64,000 bases of DNA, taken from NCBI GenBank assembly GCA_040437565.1, contig JBDOQK010000054.1, forward strand, positions 62,001 through 126,000, given 5' to 3'. A program made the translations under genes and the position numbers. Each line of letters begins with the position of its first letter. Position 1 is the first letter of the stretch. The notes beneath the pieces are model-generated. The model did no database searches. It was given only the letters and a program-made list of their open reading frames with translations, and was not told the DNA's origin. Shown here piece by piece: positions 51,137-62,725 of the stretch. This DNA is from Albugo candida (lineage: Eukaryota).

Positions 51137-52177
51137 ATGCGTATTCAGTGGATTACCTGTGTTGTAACCGCTGCCATTGCGTGCAACGAGTGTGTGTACG
51201 CCGATGCCACTCAAGAAAGCATGCCTATGCAAGACGATGGTGGCAGCGTAGGTGGTGGTTATGGTTATGGTGCCGGTGGTGGTGTCGGTGCCGGCCATGG
51301 TTCTAACGGAGGTGGTGGCGGTGGTGGAGGTGGTGGAGGTGGCGGTGGTGGAGGGGGAGCTGTGAATGGAAATGGAAATGGATATGGTGTTGGAGGTGGT
51401 TCAGGATCTGGAGGTGGAACAGGTTATGGAGAAAACGGTGGAAAAAATGGTGGTGGAGGCGGAGGCGGAGGTGGAGGTGGTGGCGGAGGGGGAGGGGGTA
51501 CAACTGTTGGAAACATGACTAAGGATGACGGAAGTAGTATGAAGATGGGAGATGGTTCTAGCGTGACAAGCGCTAACTATCACATGGGCGGTGCTGATCC
51601 TGGAATGAAGTCGAATGATGATACGAACTCGCTTCCACCAACTATCACACCCGGTGCACCTAATTCGCCAAATCCGTGTGCAGACCGTGATCAAGTATTG
51701 TCGCAATGTACACCAGTCAGCGTTCAAAACGTAGGCACCTTTTATGTATCAAAAGGAGATCAAATCTGTTCTGGTAAAATTGGAGTATGCCCTGATGCAG
51801 GTGCGCTGGGATATTACGATAATGGACGAGGCGAGATGGCTCCACTCAACACCACGTCACAATGTGGGCTGATAGCTGCAACGAATGTGCTCGGCTGTGT
51901 AATCAGTACAACACCACCACCACCGGCGATGCCACAAGCAACGCCAACGGCAGTACAACCGAACACGGTGACAGAAAAAACAACGTCGACGCCAGCACAA
52001 CCAACGCCGACCCCAGAAAAAACAACGTCGACCCCAGAAAAACCAATGTCGACGCCAGGACAACCAATGCCGACCCCAGAAAAAACAACGTCGACGCCAG
52101 GACAACAAATGCCGATGGCAGAAAAACCAATGGATACACCTTCAAGAGGTCTAATGCGAGCTAACGGTGGGCTGTAA
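51137..52177 (+). CDS. Secreted poly-Gly / Cys-rich / Thr-Pro mucin-like protein (paralog C, 346 aa)
   Basis: MRIQWITCVVTAAIACNECV, poly-Gly tracts, CTPVSVQNVGTF..ICSGKIGVCPDAGALG..QCGLIAATNVLGC, then EKTTSTP..QP repeats. Confidence 0.9.
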   Translation: MRIQWITCVVTAAIACNECVYADATQESMPMQDDGGSVGGGYGYGAGGGVGAGHGSNGGGGGGGGGGGGGGGGGAVNGNGNGYGVGGGSGSGGGTGYGENGGKNGGGGGGGGGGGGGGGGGTTVGNMTKDDGSSMKMGDGSSVTSANYHMGGADPGMKSNDDTNSLPPTITPGAPNSPNPCADRDQVLSQCTPVSVQNVGTFYVSKGDQICSGKIGVCPDAGALGYYDNGRGEMAPLNTTSQCGLIAATNVLGCVISTTPPPPAMPQATPTAVQPNTVTEKTTSTPAQPTPTPEKTTSTPEKPMSTPGQPMPTPEKTTSTPGQQMPMAEKPMDTPSRGLMRANGGL

Positions 52178-52466
52178 ATGTCATACCCTTCAGATATTGG
52201 TGCGACTTCCAAGTAGGAAGATATGATGGACTGCGCGTTGGTTGCAAGTGTGCGTTTTCTAGTGTTGTGTTTTGCGTAACAAAAAAAGATGTTTCATTCA
52301 CTCTCAAGTATGACTTCTTCTGGTTTTTTATCGAGTCCTTTTCTTCCAATTCAGAAACCGAAATAGTGCCAGTTGACTGGTACAGAAATAGGTTTTCGTC
52401 GATCGAATTCCGTTTTGAACTGTCAATTGATTATTTCATTACTCATTTTTGATTTTCACATCAAAG

Positions 52467-53165
52467 ATGCAAAGTGTTTTGACCAAACAAACCTCGAAAG
52501 CGAACCTAATACGTTGTCTGACAACAGTTTCTGCGGCAACAGATCATCTCAAAGTGCAAGTAAACAAGCCAAAGGCACGTTTTCCTCTCAATGTTTTTTC
52601 TGTACTCAAACCATATCGGTAGGATATCAAATATCTCAAAGTATATCGCTGGGACCCCGAAAGTAAATCAAAGCCATATATCAGCACATATCCGGTCAAT
52701 ATCAATGAGTAGGTCGATCGGAATAGTGTGCCTTTGCATTCTCACTCTTATTTTCGCGACAGGTGTGGTCCTATGGTGCTCGATGCTTTATTTAAGATAA
52801 AGTATGAACAGGACCCAACATTGACATTCCGGAGGTTTGTACTAAAACACGTTATATCGCCNNNNNNNNNNNNNNNNNNNNNNNNNNNNNNNNNNNNNNN
52901 NNNNNNNNNNNNNNNNNNNNNNNNNNNNNNNNNNNNNNNNNNNNNNNNNNNNNNNNNNNNNCTGGGTCCCGCGGTATTACTGCAAGCTTTTCGATGGATT
53001 GAGGATTCGCGTGACACGAAAACAAAGGAACGATTGGAATATCTGAACGACTCATTCAAGCTATACAAATGTCACACCATCATGAATTGCACGAGAACCT
53101 GTCCAAAAGGGCTGAATCCAGCCAAAGCGATAGCACAAATAAAGAAACGGCTTGCGAAATCTTGA
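52467..53165 (+). CDS. SDHB: Succinate dehydrogenase Fe-S subunit, copy 2 (with presequence; middle lost in gap)
   Basis: Inr/FPR CTCATTTTTGATTTTC at 52442, then [24 protein letters not shown]..|[13 protein letters not shown]..|[13 protein letters not shown]| gap |[35 protein letters not shown]. Confidence 0.93.
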
Positions 53166-53316
53166 AAAGCTGAAGATTGTGAAAGCTACATGGCACGAGT
53201 GTATGTCAAAGTAGTCACATAATTGCTTCTTGAGCAAAACAATGAACAAAAAATGCTTTTATCAGCTGAATTGTTGATCAACCACTGCACCCACAGACGC
53301 ATACACTTCCATATAT

Positions 53317-55573
53317 TTACACGTACGCGCTTACTCGCTCACTTACAAAGCCTGGCCCATGACGTAGTTTGATCAGCGCTGTCTTGGAACATGTCCGAAT
53401 GAAGCTGGCTGTCTTCTTCACCCCCATGCTAGACGTATCCTTCCCATTGATTTCTAATATAATGTCTCCGATACAAACGTGACGTAAAGCTTCACAGCAT
53501 GTATTACGGCATACTCCAACAATCAATGGGAAAGTTCCCTTTGTAAGACGAGCTTCGCGGACCTGGAACCCAATGCTATAGTTTTCCTTCCACTTCACTA
53601 AATACGTTGCGCTATCGGGTGTGTCGGAAAACGTTGTCTTCGATCTTGCCCGACCCCGAACTTGCACTGATGTATTTACCGCATGAGGTGCTACTAATGG
53701 CACTGTATGAGCAATGGTTTCCGTGATTGCAGGGAGTTTGTTCACCTCTCGAGAGTGTTTTGATCGACGCCGGTACCTTGCAACTGTCGCATTGAGATTC
53801 GCCATATTTGCAAACGGCGACTTCGTGAGGTATTTTGATTGTGACGCTGAATCTGTAGAATTTATTGGTATCACACTTTCCACTAGATCATCTCGGGTCA
53901 CATCTGGGTCCTGATCCTCCATGATGTCAGGAGGAATCGTATCGACAGTATCGGCTGTGAGCGCTGAATGTAAGACTTGATCGGATTCATAGACAGTATC
54001 ACTGGTGTTTTTATCATCTTCAATCTCTTCACACAGTTCGCTTCCGGATTCGTCGGTGTTGTCGGGAAGACACTCTTCGATTGATTCGAGCATATCGTCA
54101 CGAGAAATACTTTCTTCGTCATCGCTGATCGATTCATCATCACTTTCAGGGGAACTATATCTGTGTATGTGATCACTGCTACTCGTATCATTTTCCGAAA
54201 CTTGGTCCTTTATATTTTCGGATAGGTGATCAGCAGCCTCATCGGAAGCTTTTTCGACTTCGCATACTTGCATTTTTTTTGTAATCAGTGATGAAAGCTC
54301 ATGAGCTGCTTCGGTCGATTCTGGATCTTTCATCGTATCTCGTACATTCTCTAAATCGTTCAACATCCTTGCAATCATTTTGGGACTTGCACTATGTCTT
54401 GACCGATTCTCTTCCACTGAACCGCGTCGAAAAGTGAGGTGGACAGGCTTGGAGACTTTCTGCAATCGAGCGAAAAAGTCTTCAAAAGAGTAACCGTGCG
54501 CGTCTAAATCGTTCGCCTTCAACAATAGATCACCCATCTCAACCTTTGCTTTGATTGCTGGATCTAAACTTGCACTAGAACGAGTAACCATAGGAAGGTG
54601 GCTGAGTCGATGCTCGCCGAAAAAGAGCCCTAATGATCCTGTCACCCAAACGACCTCATACTCGGCATCTGCAATCTTCTCCCTTGGTGTATCCTTCTCT
54701 GTGATCGTCGAAATCGACATAGAGCGAGAAATGCGACTTGGCTTGAGCTCTCCACTTTCCTGCATTTTCTCAACGGATAATGTATCGAAGTTCTGATCCT
54801 CTAAAGAATTCGATCATCAGAAATTATAGTATAATTGACAGAATTATAATTACCCGACCTAAGTGACATGTGGCGACAACAGAGCCTGAATGCGGAGTCT
54901 TTGACGCTATAGTACTCGCTCCCTCTGTCTTCCCTGAATTCTTATTCGATCTCCAAAAAGAGCTGCGAATTGATTTTGGGTGTATAATCGCATCATTGGG
55001 GGGTAATGAATTGGATCGTATTGACTTTATACTTTCCACTAGATCCTTTTTTTTGTCCTCCACAGCCTCCGGCTCATGACGAGCGGATGATAAATTTGTC
55101 GACGAACGTGATCGCACCGAGTCACGTTTTCTCCGCTTGTCAAAATCGTTGTAATGTACTCTTTCAAATCGTAGTAAAACGGGCTTCTTCATAGTTGCAA
55201 GAATTTTAAAAAATTCTGAAAAAGAGTGATCTTTGGAGCAGACGATATTGACGTATTTGAGGATATCGCCGGGAGATACAGCGTCTGAGATACACGACTC
55301 TGTTGCTTTACTGACGTATGGTATACCGTCCTTCTCCGACTCTAAGAAAATAACTCCCAAAACTCCACGTTCCCATAATACTTCATACTCGTGCTCGCCC
55401 AATGAAGGGAGCTTTTCTCGAATTCGATCGGCCCACGCTCGTTTAGAGCCACTGGTTGGATGAAAAGTACTGGAAGTGAAATTTTTGGTGTTTCTAGTCG
55501 ATGCTGAAAGAGTGGAAGGCGCTACACAATCGGTATCTGTGTGATTTACATATTTGCGTGTAACTTTTTTCAT
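53317..55573 (-). CDS. Multi-PDZ-like domain protein, 2 exons
   Basis: Three repeats: YEVLWERGVLGVIF..VSPGDILKYVN..KPVLLRF; YEVVWVTGSLGLFF..MGDLLLKAN..KPVHLTF; YLVKWKENYSIGF..IGDIILEING. One GT..AG intron near 54802-54853. Confidence 0.75.
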
Positions 55574-56223
55574 TGATAAGCTCAGAGGTTAGAAAATTAA
55601 GTCGTTTAAAGCCAGATTTTGGTAGTGAGCAGGATTGGAGCTATTGCTGAAAATACAAAGTATTACGGTGACTCCGTTTGTTGACGTGGAATTACGCGAG
55701 CGTGATGTCCGAAAGTATAAGCTTTCTATGTAAAACGCTGCAATTCGCAATAGATTGATTTGGATGATGCATTAATTGTGCGAGGTATCAAATTTTCGAA
55801 TTCGAACATGGTACTCTTCACATTGCGTGATATTGGTATCTGTTAGAAGTGCACGCATGTCGGAAGAAATGTTTTTGTCGGATAATCAGTTATTTAAACG
55901 AAAGAAGGAGACGCGGGTAGAGAACGAATAAGACATCACTTTAGGAACTCGTGTCAATTCTGAATGACCGACATGATCAAGAAGTAAGCTATTTATCGTA
56001 TCTGCGATCCGGGCACTCATCCAGGTCAGAGTTTATCAGAGTGATTATGGAATGGCTTTTTTTATATGTATGTCTTCCTTGTATCTGCATTAGCATTTTG
56101 AATATTAGAATATACTTGAAAAAAACTTTACCATCGGAGCAACTCTAAGATGAACGTCGCTGACACGTCAATTAATGAATTGTCAATTCAAAGCTTGAAT
56201 TGATCGACACGACTCACTTGGCA

Positions 56224-57000
56224 ATGCTTCGACACCTTTCCTTTTGCGGATTTCTATCAGTTCTTATCGCGTTATTTACCATTCCATCCGCTTTCCTTTA
56301 CCCTTTCAACCTGCAAAATGGCAACAATGCATTGATTCTGAGACTTGTGAGCAATTTTCTGATCATAATAACATCAAATTGCGCTTCTTCACGCTTATTT
56401 GCCGTGCGCTGCGCTATTGTCTTGCTAGCGGTGGTCTGGGCTGCCTACCAAAGCGAAAAAAACATACTTCTTCCGAGCGATAACAACGATATCGAAAAGG
56501 CTATTTTCTTAGCAGCGCTCGTGCTGATCAATTCATTTTTGTGCACGCTGGCGCTCGATCGCTCGGAATCGCGAAAATCTGCTCTACGGTACTTACGATC
56601 ATAACATAATCGAATGGTATCTGACATATACTCATAAGTTAGGAAACGTCTGAGAGAATTTTATGCGCGTCACAATCCAAAAAAAATGGATTTTGTGGAC
56701 AATTTGATGGAAAAATACAAAGGACGAGAAGAAGAATTATTTCAACGATTACACGAGAAATACAATGGTTTTCCCAGTTTCCAATCAGAGCAGCACGAAC
56801 CAAAAGCTACAGGAGAAATGGAAGATCCGTCAGCATCTCCACGTGGATACGTTCCGCCGCTTTTACAGAGTCAGTATGATAATGGACTCAGAGAAGCGAT
56901 AGAAGATGCAAAGCGGGCGCAGGAACAGCGTGTTCAGAATCGAATTGCCAAATTGCCCGGAAGAATGGTCCTTATGGCTAAAATGAAGCGTGAGATCTAG
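56224..57000 (+). CDS. Hypothetical membrane protein
   Basis: Hydrophobic N-terminal segments, an intron, then RLREFYARHNPKKMDFVDNLMEKYKGREEELFQRLHEKY and a coiled-coil end. Confidence 0.65.
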
Positions 57001-57025
57001 CCCTGGAATGCTGAATGTTTGTGCG

Positions 57026-59735
57026 TCATGTCTCCTTCAACGAGGCCTGGATAGCACGTTGTAATTCCTCCATTTCATCTAGATGCATTCCTGCCAGCTC
57101 CGGAGCATTTGTTGATAATTGAGGCTCCCTGGATGCTTTTGTATCAAATTCTTTCGCAGAACTCGCAAAATGAGTTCGCATTTTTCTCTCACTATCTTCC
57201 GAATTCCATGCATTTGTGTCATTGATACCGACTTGATGGAGAGAGGCTTCTACTGCCGCGCGATACTGTCTCTCATACTCATCCTCGATGACATCTGATC
57301 GAATGGAAGCATCCTGCAACGAATACTCAATGGCGCGTTTGAGTTCCTCTTCTTCTGAAAGTGCCTTGACACTGGCAATCAAATCTGCTTGGACAGCTAT
57401 GATCTCACTGGCTTTACGTGCTTTTTCCATTTCGTCATCTTCGGCAAACTCATCAGCATTATTCCTCAACGAACACATCAGTGTTTCCTCTAGGCTCGAA
57501 TTCATCGCATCGAAATTACTTCGCGACAACTGAGTACCAAAAGTGAGATCCTGTCAAGACTCGATCGCTTGCTCAGCTCACCTGAAGAATCTGTTGCAAT
57601 TGTGCTACTTCAGTGCTTTCACGATCCGATTCTTCCAAATGATGTGCCAAATTTCCTTCCAAACTCGCGCCGGATTGTCGACTTCGCACCAGATGTTGCG
57701 AATAATTCAAATGGATTTGCTCCCAGTGTCCGGGCTCCTCTCTACAGCAGACAAGCATTATGGGGATTCAGAAATGCATGGACCATCACTCCAAACCGGA
57801 TCAAATTTTCTCGATGATCGGGTCCAATGATAGAGTCGTAATGGCCACCTCCATAATAGCTCAACCGAATCGCTGGCCGATTGCGCGATAGTGTGCTGTG
57901 CTCGTGAAAGGTTCGCAATTTGCAAAAACCATCAATCGCATCGTAAGTGTACACTTCTGCTGGACGATCGTACAGCTCACAAAGAGCTTGAATTTCTGGA
58001 TCATCACCCCAGACGCCATTCTTTCGCTTATGCTCTAGATACCGCAAGAAATCGTCCATGTTTCCCACGACATATGGTTCAAAGTAATCTTTCTCAGATT
58101 CCATGTAATCCATACAATAGCGCCTCACAACCTCATGAAATTGGTCATTTCCATACACTTGATGACTAACCGATCGAAACAAGCAGTTTCCATCTCCATC
58201 CACTGTTGATATCTTCAAATCGTGTTGCAATAAAGAATCCCGATAATGTAAAAATCTGGGATTCTGAGCTTGAATCATTCGATTACGCGGTAATGTCGGT
58301 TCCACGCTTGAGAGACGACTATGAGATGAAGTGCGACGACGAATATGTTGCCCAAATGGAGCGATTCGCGAAGGATCAATTGGCACCCATTCTGTCCGTT
58401 GAGGCTGATCCACATATCGCACGTATAACTGACCTTGTGCGATGATTCCCACAACGGCTTCCTTCCATTGTTGGCAGCCTTTATGCATTGGTATATGATA
58501 TTCTTGATACACTTCGATGGATTGATTCTGTCGAACGGGAGCCGCGTTGCTGGAAGCTTTTGTACCGGGTAGAGCAAGTCGCGCACAGGTTGGTGACATC
58601 CATTGCTGCCAAGTCATATCCATATTGAGGAATCCCACACGTACATTCCCATCTGTGACCTATCAAAAAGCGATCAAATTCGATTGCGGATGCTTTGTCG
58701 CTTACATCAGATATTTGGGCGAGACACCAATNNNNNNNNNNNNNNNNNNNNNNNNNNNNNNNNNNNNNNNNNNNNNNNNNNNNNNNNNNNNNNNNNNNNN
58801 NNNNNNNNNNNNNNNNNNNNNNNNNNNNNNNAGAATCCCGATAATGTAAAAATCTGGGATTCTGAGCTTGAATCATTCGATTACGCGGTAATGTCGGTTC
58901 CACGCTTGAGAGACGACTATGAGATGAAGTGCGACGACGAATATGTTGCCCAAATGGAGCGATTCGCGAAGGATCAATTGGCACCCATTCTGTCCGTTGA
59001 GGCTGATCCACATATCGCACGTATAACTGACCTTGTGCGATGATTCCCACAACGGCTTCCTTCCATTGTTGGCAGCCTTTATGCATTGGTATATGATATT
59101 CTTGATACACTTCGATGGATTGATTCTGTCGAACGGGAGCCGCGTTGCTGGAAGCTTTTGTACCGGGTAGAGCAAGTCGCGCACAGGTTGGTGACATCCA
59201 TTGCTGCCAAGTCATATCCATATTGAGGAATCCCACACGTACATTCCCATCTGTGACCTATCAAAAAGCGATCAAATTCGATTGCGGATGCTTTGTCGCT
59301 TACATCAGATATTTGGGCGAGACACCAATTATCAAATGGATTCTTTGCATCAACGAAATCGCCTGTTGCGATTCGATTCCTCCATTCTGATTCGATTGGG
59401 TTTATTTGCATTATTTCTGAGGATTGTATAAAGTTACTGAATTTGAAGACTAATAAGTGTATAGTACCTTCATCGCTTTCAGTATCATCACTGTACATGG
59501 CGCAATTCTCGACAGGTGAATCGGTAGGTTCGATGCCAAAGCCTCTTTCAGAGTCTTTTGCTATTGAGACACATACTCAGCGTTACTTTTGTGAGAAAAT
59601 GCTCCTATGTTGTATTGCACCTTCGATGGGAGAATGTCGGTGAGATATATATTGTCGTGGAGAAGCAGTCGCAAAATCGGTTTGTCGACTCGTCGGCTCG
59701 TAATTCTCTTCCGTTGGAATCTCAGCGATTCCCAT
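57026..59735 (-). CDS. OTU-domain deubiquitinase (OTUD5-like) with Tudor/MBT-like N-terminus and UIMs
   Basis: VDGDGNCLFRSVS, WGDDPEIQAL, LSYYGGGHYDS; UIM-like EEEELKRAIEYSL and EMEELQRAIQASL; GDFVDAKNPFDNWCLAQI. Probable ATG 59735; the gap at 58732-58831 has a ~500-bp duplicated flank. Confidence 0.88.
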
Positions 59736-62010
59736 TACTTATTATTTTTGAAGGGTACTGNNNNNNNNNNNNNNNNNNNNNNNNNNNNNNNNNNNNNNNN
59801 NNNNNNNNNNNNNNNNNNNNNNNNNNNNNNNNNNNNNNNNNNNNNNNNNNNNNNNNNNNNAAAACATGATAAACGATGAGCCAGGACACAAGTCGTTTCT
59901 TTGATAGTTATGTGGAAATATATACAAAAATATGTGGCAAGTAAATGGTAGAGACCATAGGACGGGAGATCAGCATCTACATCTCGATGGAATGAAGTCT
60001 GAAGCACTGCCCCCCACAATAGAAATTATAGATGTCGACTTTCAAACTGTAGTATCCGCGGTAGAAAGAGATTAATCAGCTCTTATGACGGAATGGTTGA
60101 TTTTCTGCTGTCAAGGCAAACGATAAAGGAAGCCTCAGCGGATTATTTCTTTCAAATACAATGTCACGACTGAAGTTTTGGTTAAAGTATTGGCTATGCA
60201 GGCACATGGGAAACTGCTCGAAGTGAAGGCTCAAATAGAGCTGTATGATTCACCCCTATAAGATCGATGGAGAAAACACGTAATGCGGAATCTCTATGAA
60301 TTGATGTCAGCGAAAATGCGAGCTCATCTACTGGTTAGCTGTAGTAGGAACTCATTTGCTCATGTATCGAGGAACACAAACTCGCAACACGCTCTATACG
60401 GAATCTCAAACAAAGTATGTAGATATTCTTACTGACGTGGAAGTAACAGATCTTGGGTCAGCCAAACTCTGATCGCGTACCGCTTTCATAAACAAGGGGT
60501 GGAAGTCAAGCAGGGCAGAGTCTCAACCCGACGGATGGACGTATTTTAGTCTGCTCGCTACAGCTAAGTTGCAAAATTATTAGCAAAACTGATGTGTGAA
60601 TTGTCAGCGATTTTGTGGAAGCCGGTGCATCACCATCGATCGTTCCCAGTAATGTATATTGCTGTAGTTTTCACGCTCTCGAAAAGGCACAATTCAGATG
60701 AGAGGGGATCGATGCGCTAACTGTCGTCTGCATTTCGACGATTTGTACGTTCTCCACTTGCATATAGAATATATATCTGAACATCAATGTACAATCGCTG
60801 GAGGGGAGGGATAATAAGGGACTTTTTTCGAACAGTATGGGCAGCTTTCCTTGGAAGATAAGAGCATCCTTTTTTTGTCAATTCAATAAAGTCGACACCT
60901 CTATACAACATGTTTTATGTGATGTACAACATGGGGCATGAAACATAAAGATTCCTCTAAAACTCGAGCATCTTCAGTCTCGATTATGCGTATAAATTTC
61001 TCTATATGATCATAATTTGCATCCTGTACTGTATCTACTGTACACTAAAGCATTTGCAAAATAACACATTTCGGGTAGTATGCGGCGATCTCAATGCAAC
61101 CTTGTGCCCTAAGTTGGAAATATTCAATAGTAATTGAATTGAGCGATACGAATATTTGTCGTCAAGTTATTTTCATCAAACCGTCAACTTCCTGGACCTC
61201 ATTCGAGAAAAAATAATTGAATTTTTTTGTTATATCAAAGTTCTCTCCGTGCTAGTTTCAGCTATCTGAACAAGCTCAGGTAATTTGGCACGTTGGATAT
61301 ATGGATATGATTACTAAATGTATTCTGTGTCATTGCACGCATCAAAGGAGTCAGTAATGCTCAAGTAGGTCGCAATTCGGGGTATTGCGCTCCCAATTCC
61401 ATTCGAGATGCTGCGGACGTGGAAGAAGTAGCTGAAGCATTCTCATACTGGAATATTTGTAACGAAACGTGTTCTTCCGCACTAAATATGAGTTGGAAAA
61501 AGTCTCGAATATCAACGTGGAGTACGAGCAACAGCTGCAAAATCGATCTCTCCCTATTTTCAATGTATGTGTGAAAGATTTACACACAACATTGATCCAT
61601 CGATTACCACTGAAAGAACACACAGAAATGTTGCTGACAATTCGTTCACCCACTGGTCACAACTTATACAGAGGTCAAGCTTCAACTGATATCACGTTCA
61701 ATTACCATATTTTGGGAGACTATCGTGGAAGCTCAATCGAATTTGCAGCCGGCCTTCCCGGAAACTCCATCAAATCAAATCATCCATCCCACGATTGAGC
61801 TTTCGAAAACTTCTTGCCTGCCAATCTCTAGCAATGGGATTAACAGAATGTGTGTGATTTCATGTTAGGCTCGATCAGGTTGTGTTAAAATTGCGTGTAG
61901 ATGCAGAGTTTATACAATGCGTCGAAAGTTGACTGCGAAATGCTACAGATCTGTACCGGATTGGTTGATTGTCAATCTATCTACCACTGATTGGTTACAA
62001 TACTGTTTAA

Positions 62011-62645
<635 letters not shown>

Positions 62646-62725
62646 AGCGCAAATTTTACTCAACATAGCGTTTCACACATCAATTAGCCCTACTATTAAT
62701 TTGCATCTTAAATTAGCTCGACTAC

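Larger units (their letters stand above)
38567..53165. repeat. Inverted segmental duplication; arms ~38567-41090 (-) and ~50050-53165 (+)
   Basis: Each arm has upstream region + secreted gene + intergenic + SDHB. Homologous non-coding blocks include TACCCTCTTTATTAT, ATGCGTATAGA..GTAAAATGG, CGAGTCCTT(C/T)TCTTCCAATT, GTT(T/G)ACTGGTACA and TTTCATTACTC. Confidence 0.9.
2205..59860. other. Sixteen 100-N scaffold gaps
   Basis: Starting at 2205, 8092, 12992, 14744, 15867, 20761, 21766, 24684, 28880, 31676, 44248, 47990, 49465, 52862, 58732 and 59761. Thirteen have the same sequence on both sides. Confidence 0.95.

Noticed and set aside
59900-61800. Short ORFs between the OTU and Siw14 genes (and at 35400-38400)
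   Set aside because: No recognisable domain or consistent splice model; probably decayed repeats.
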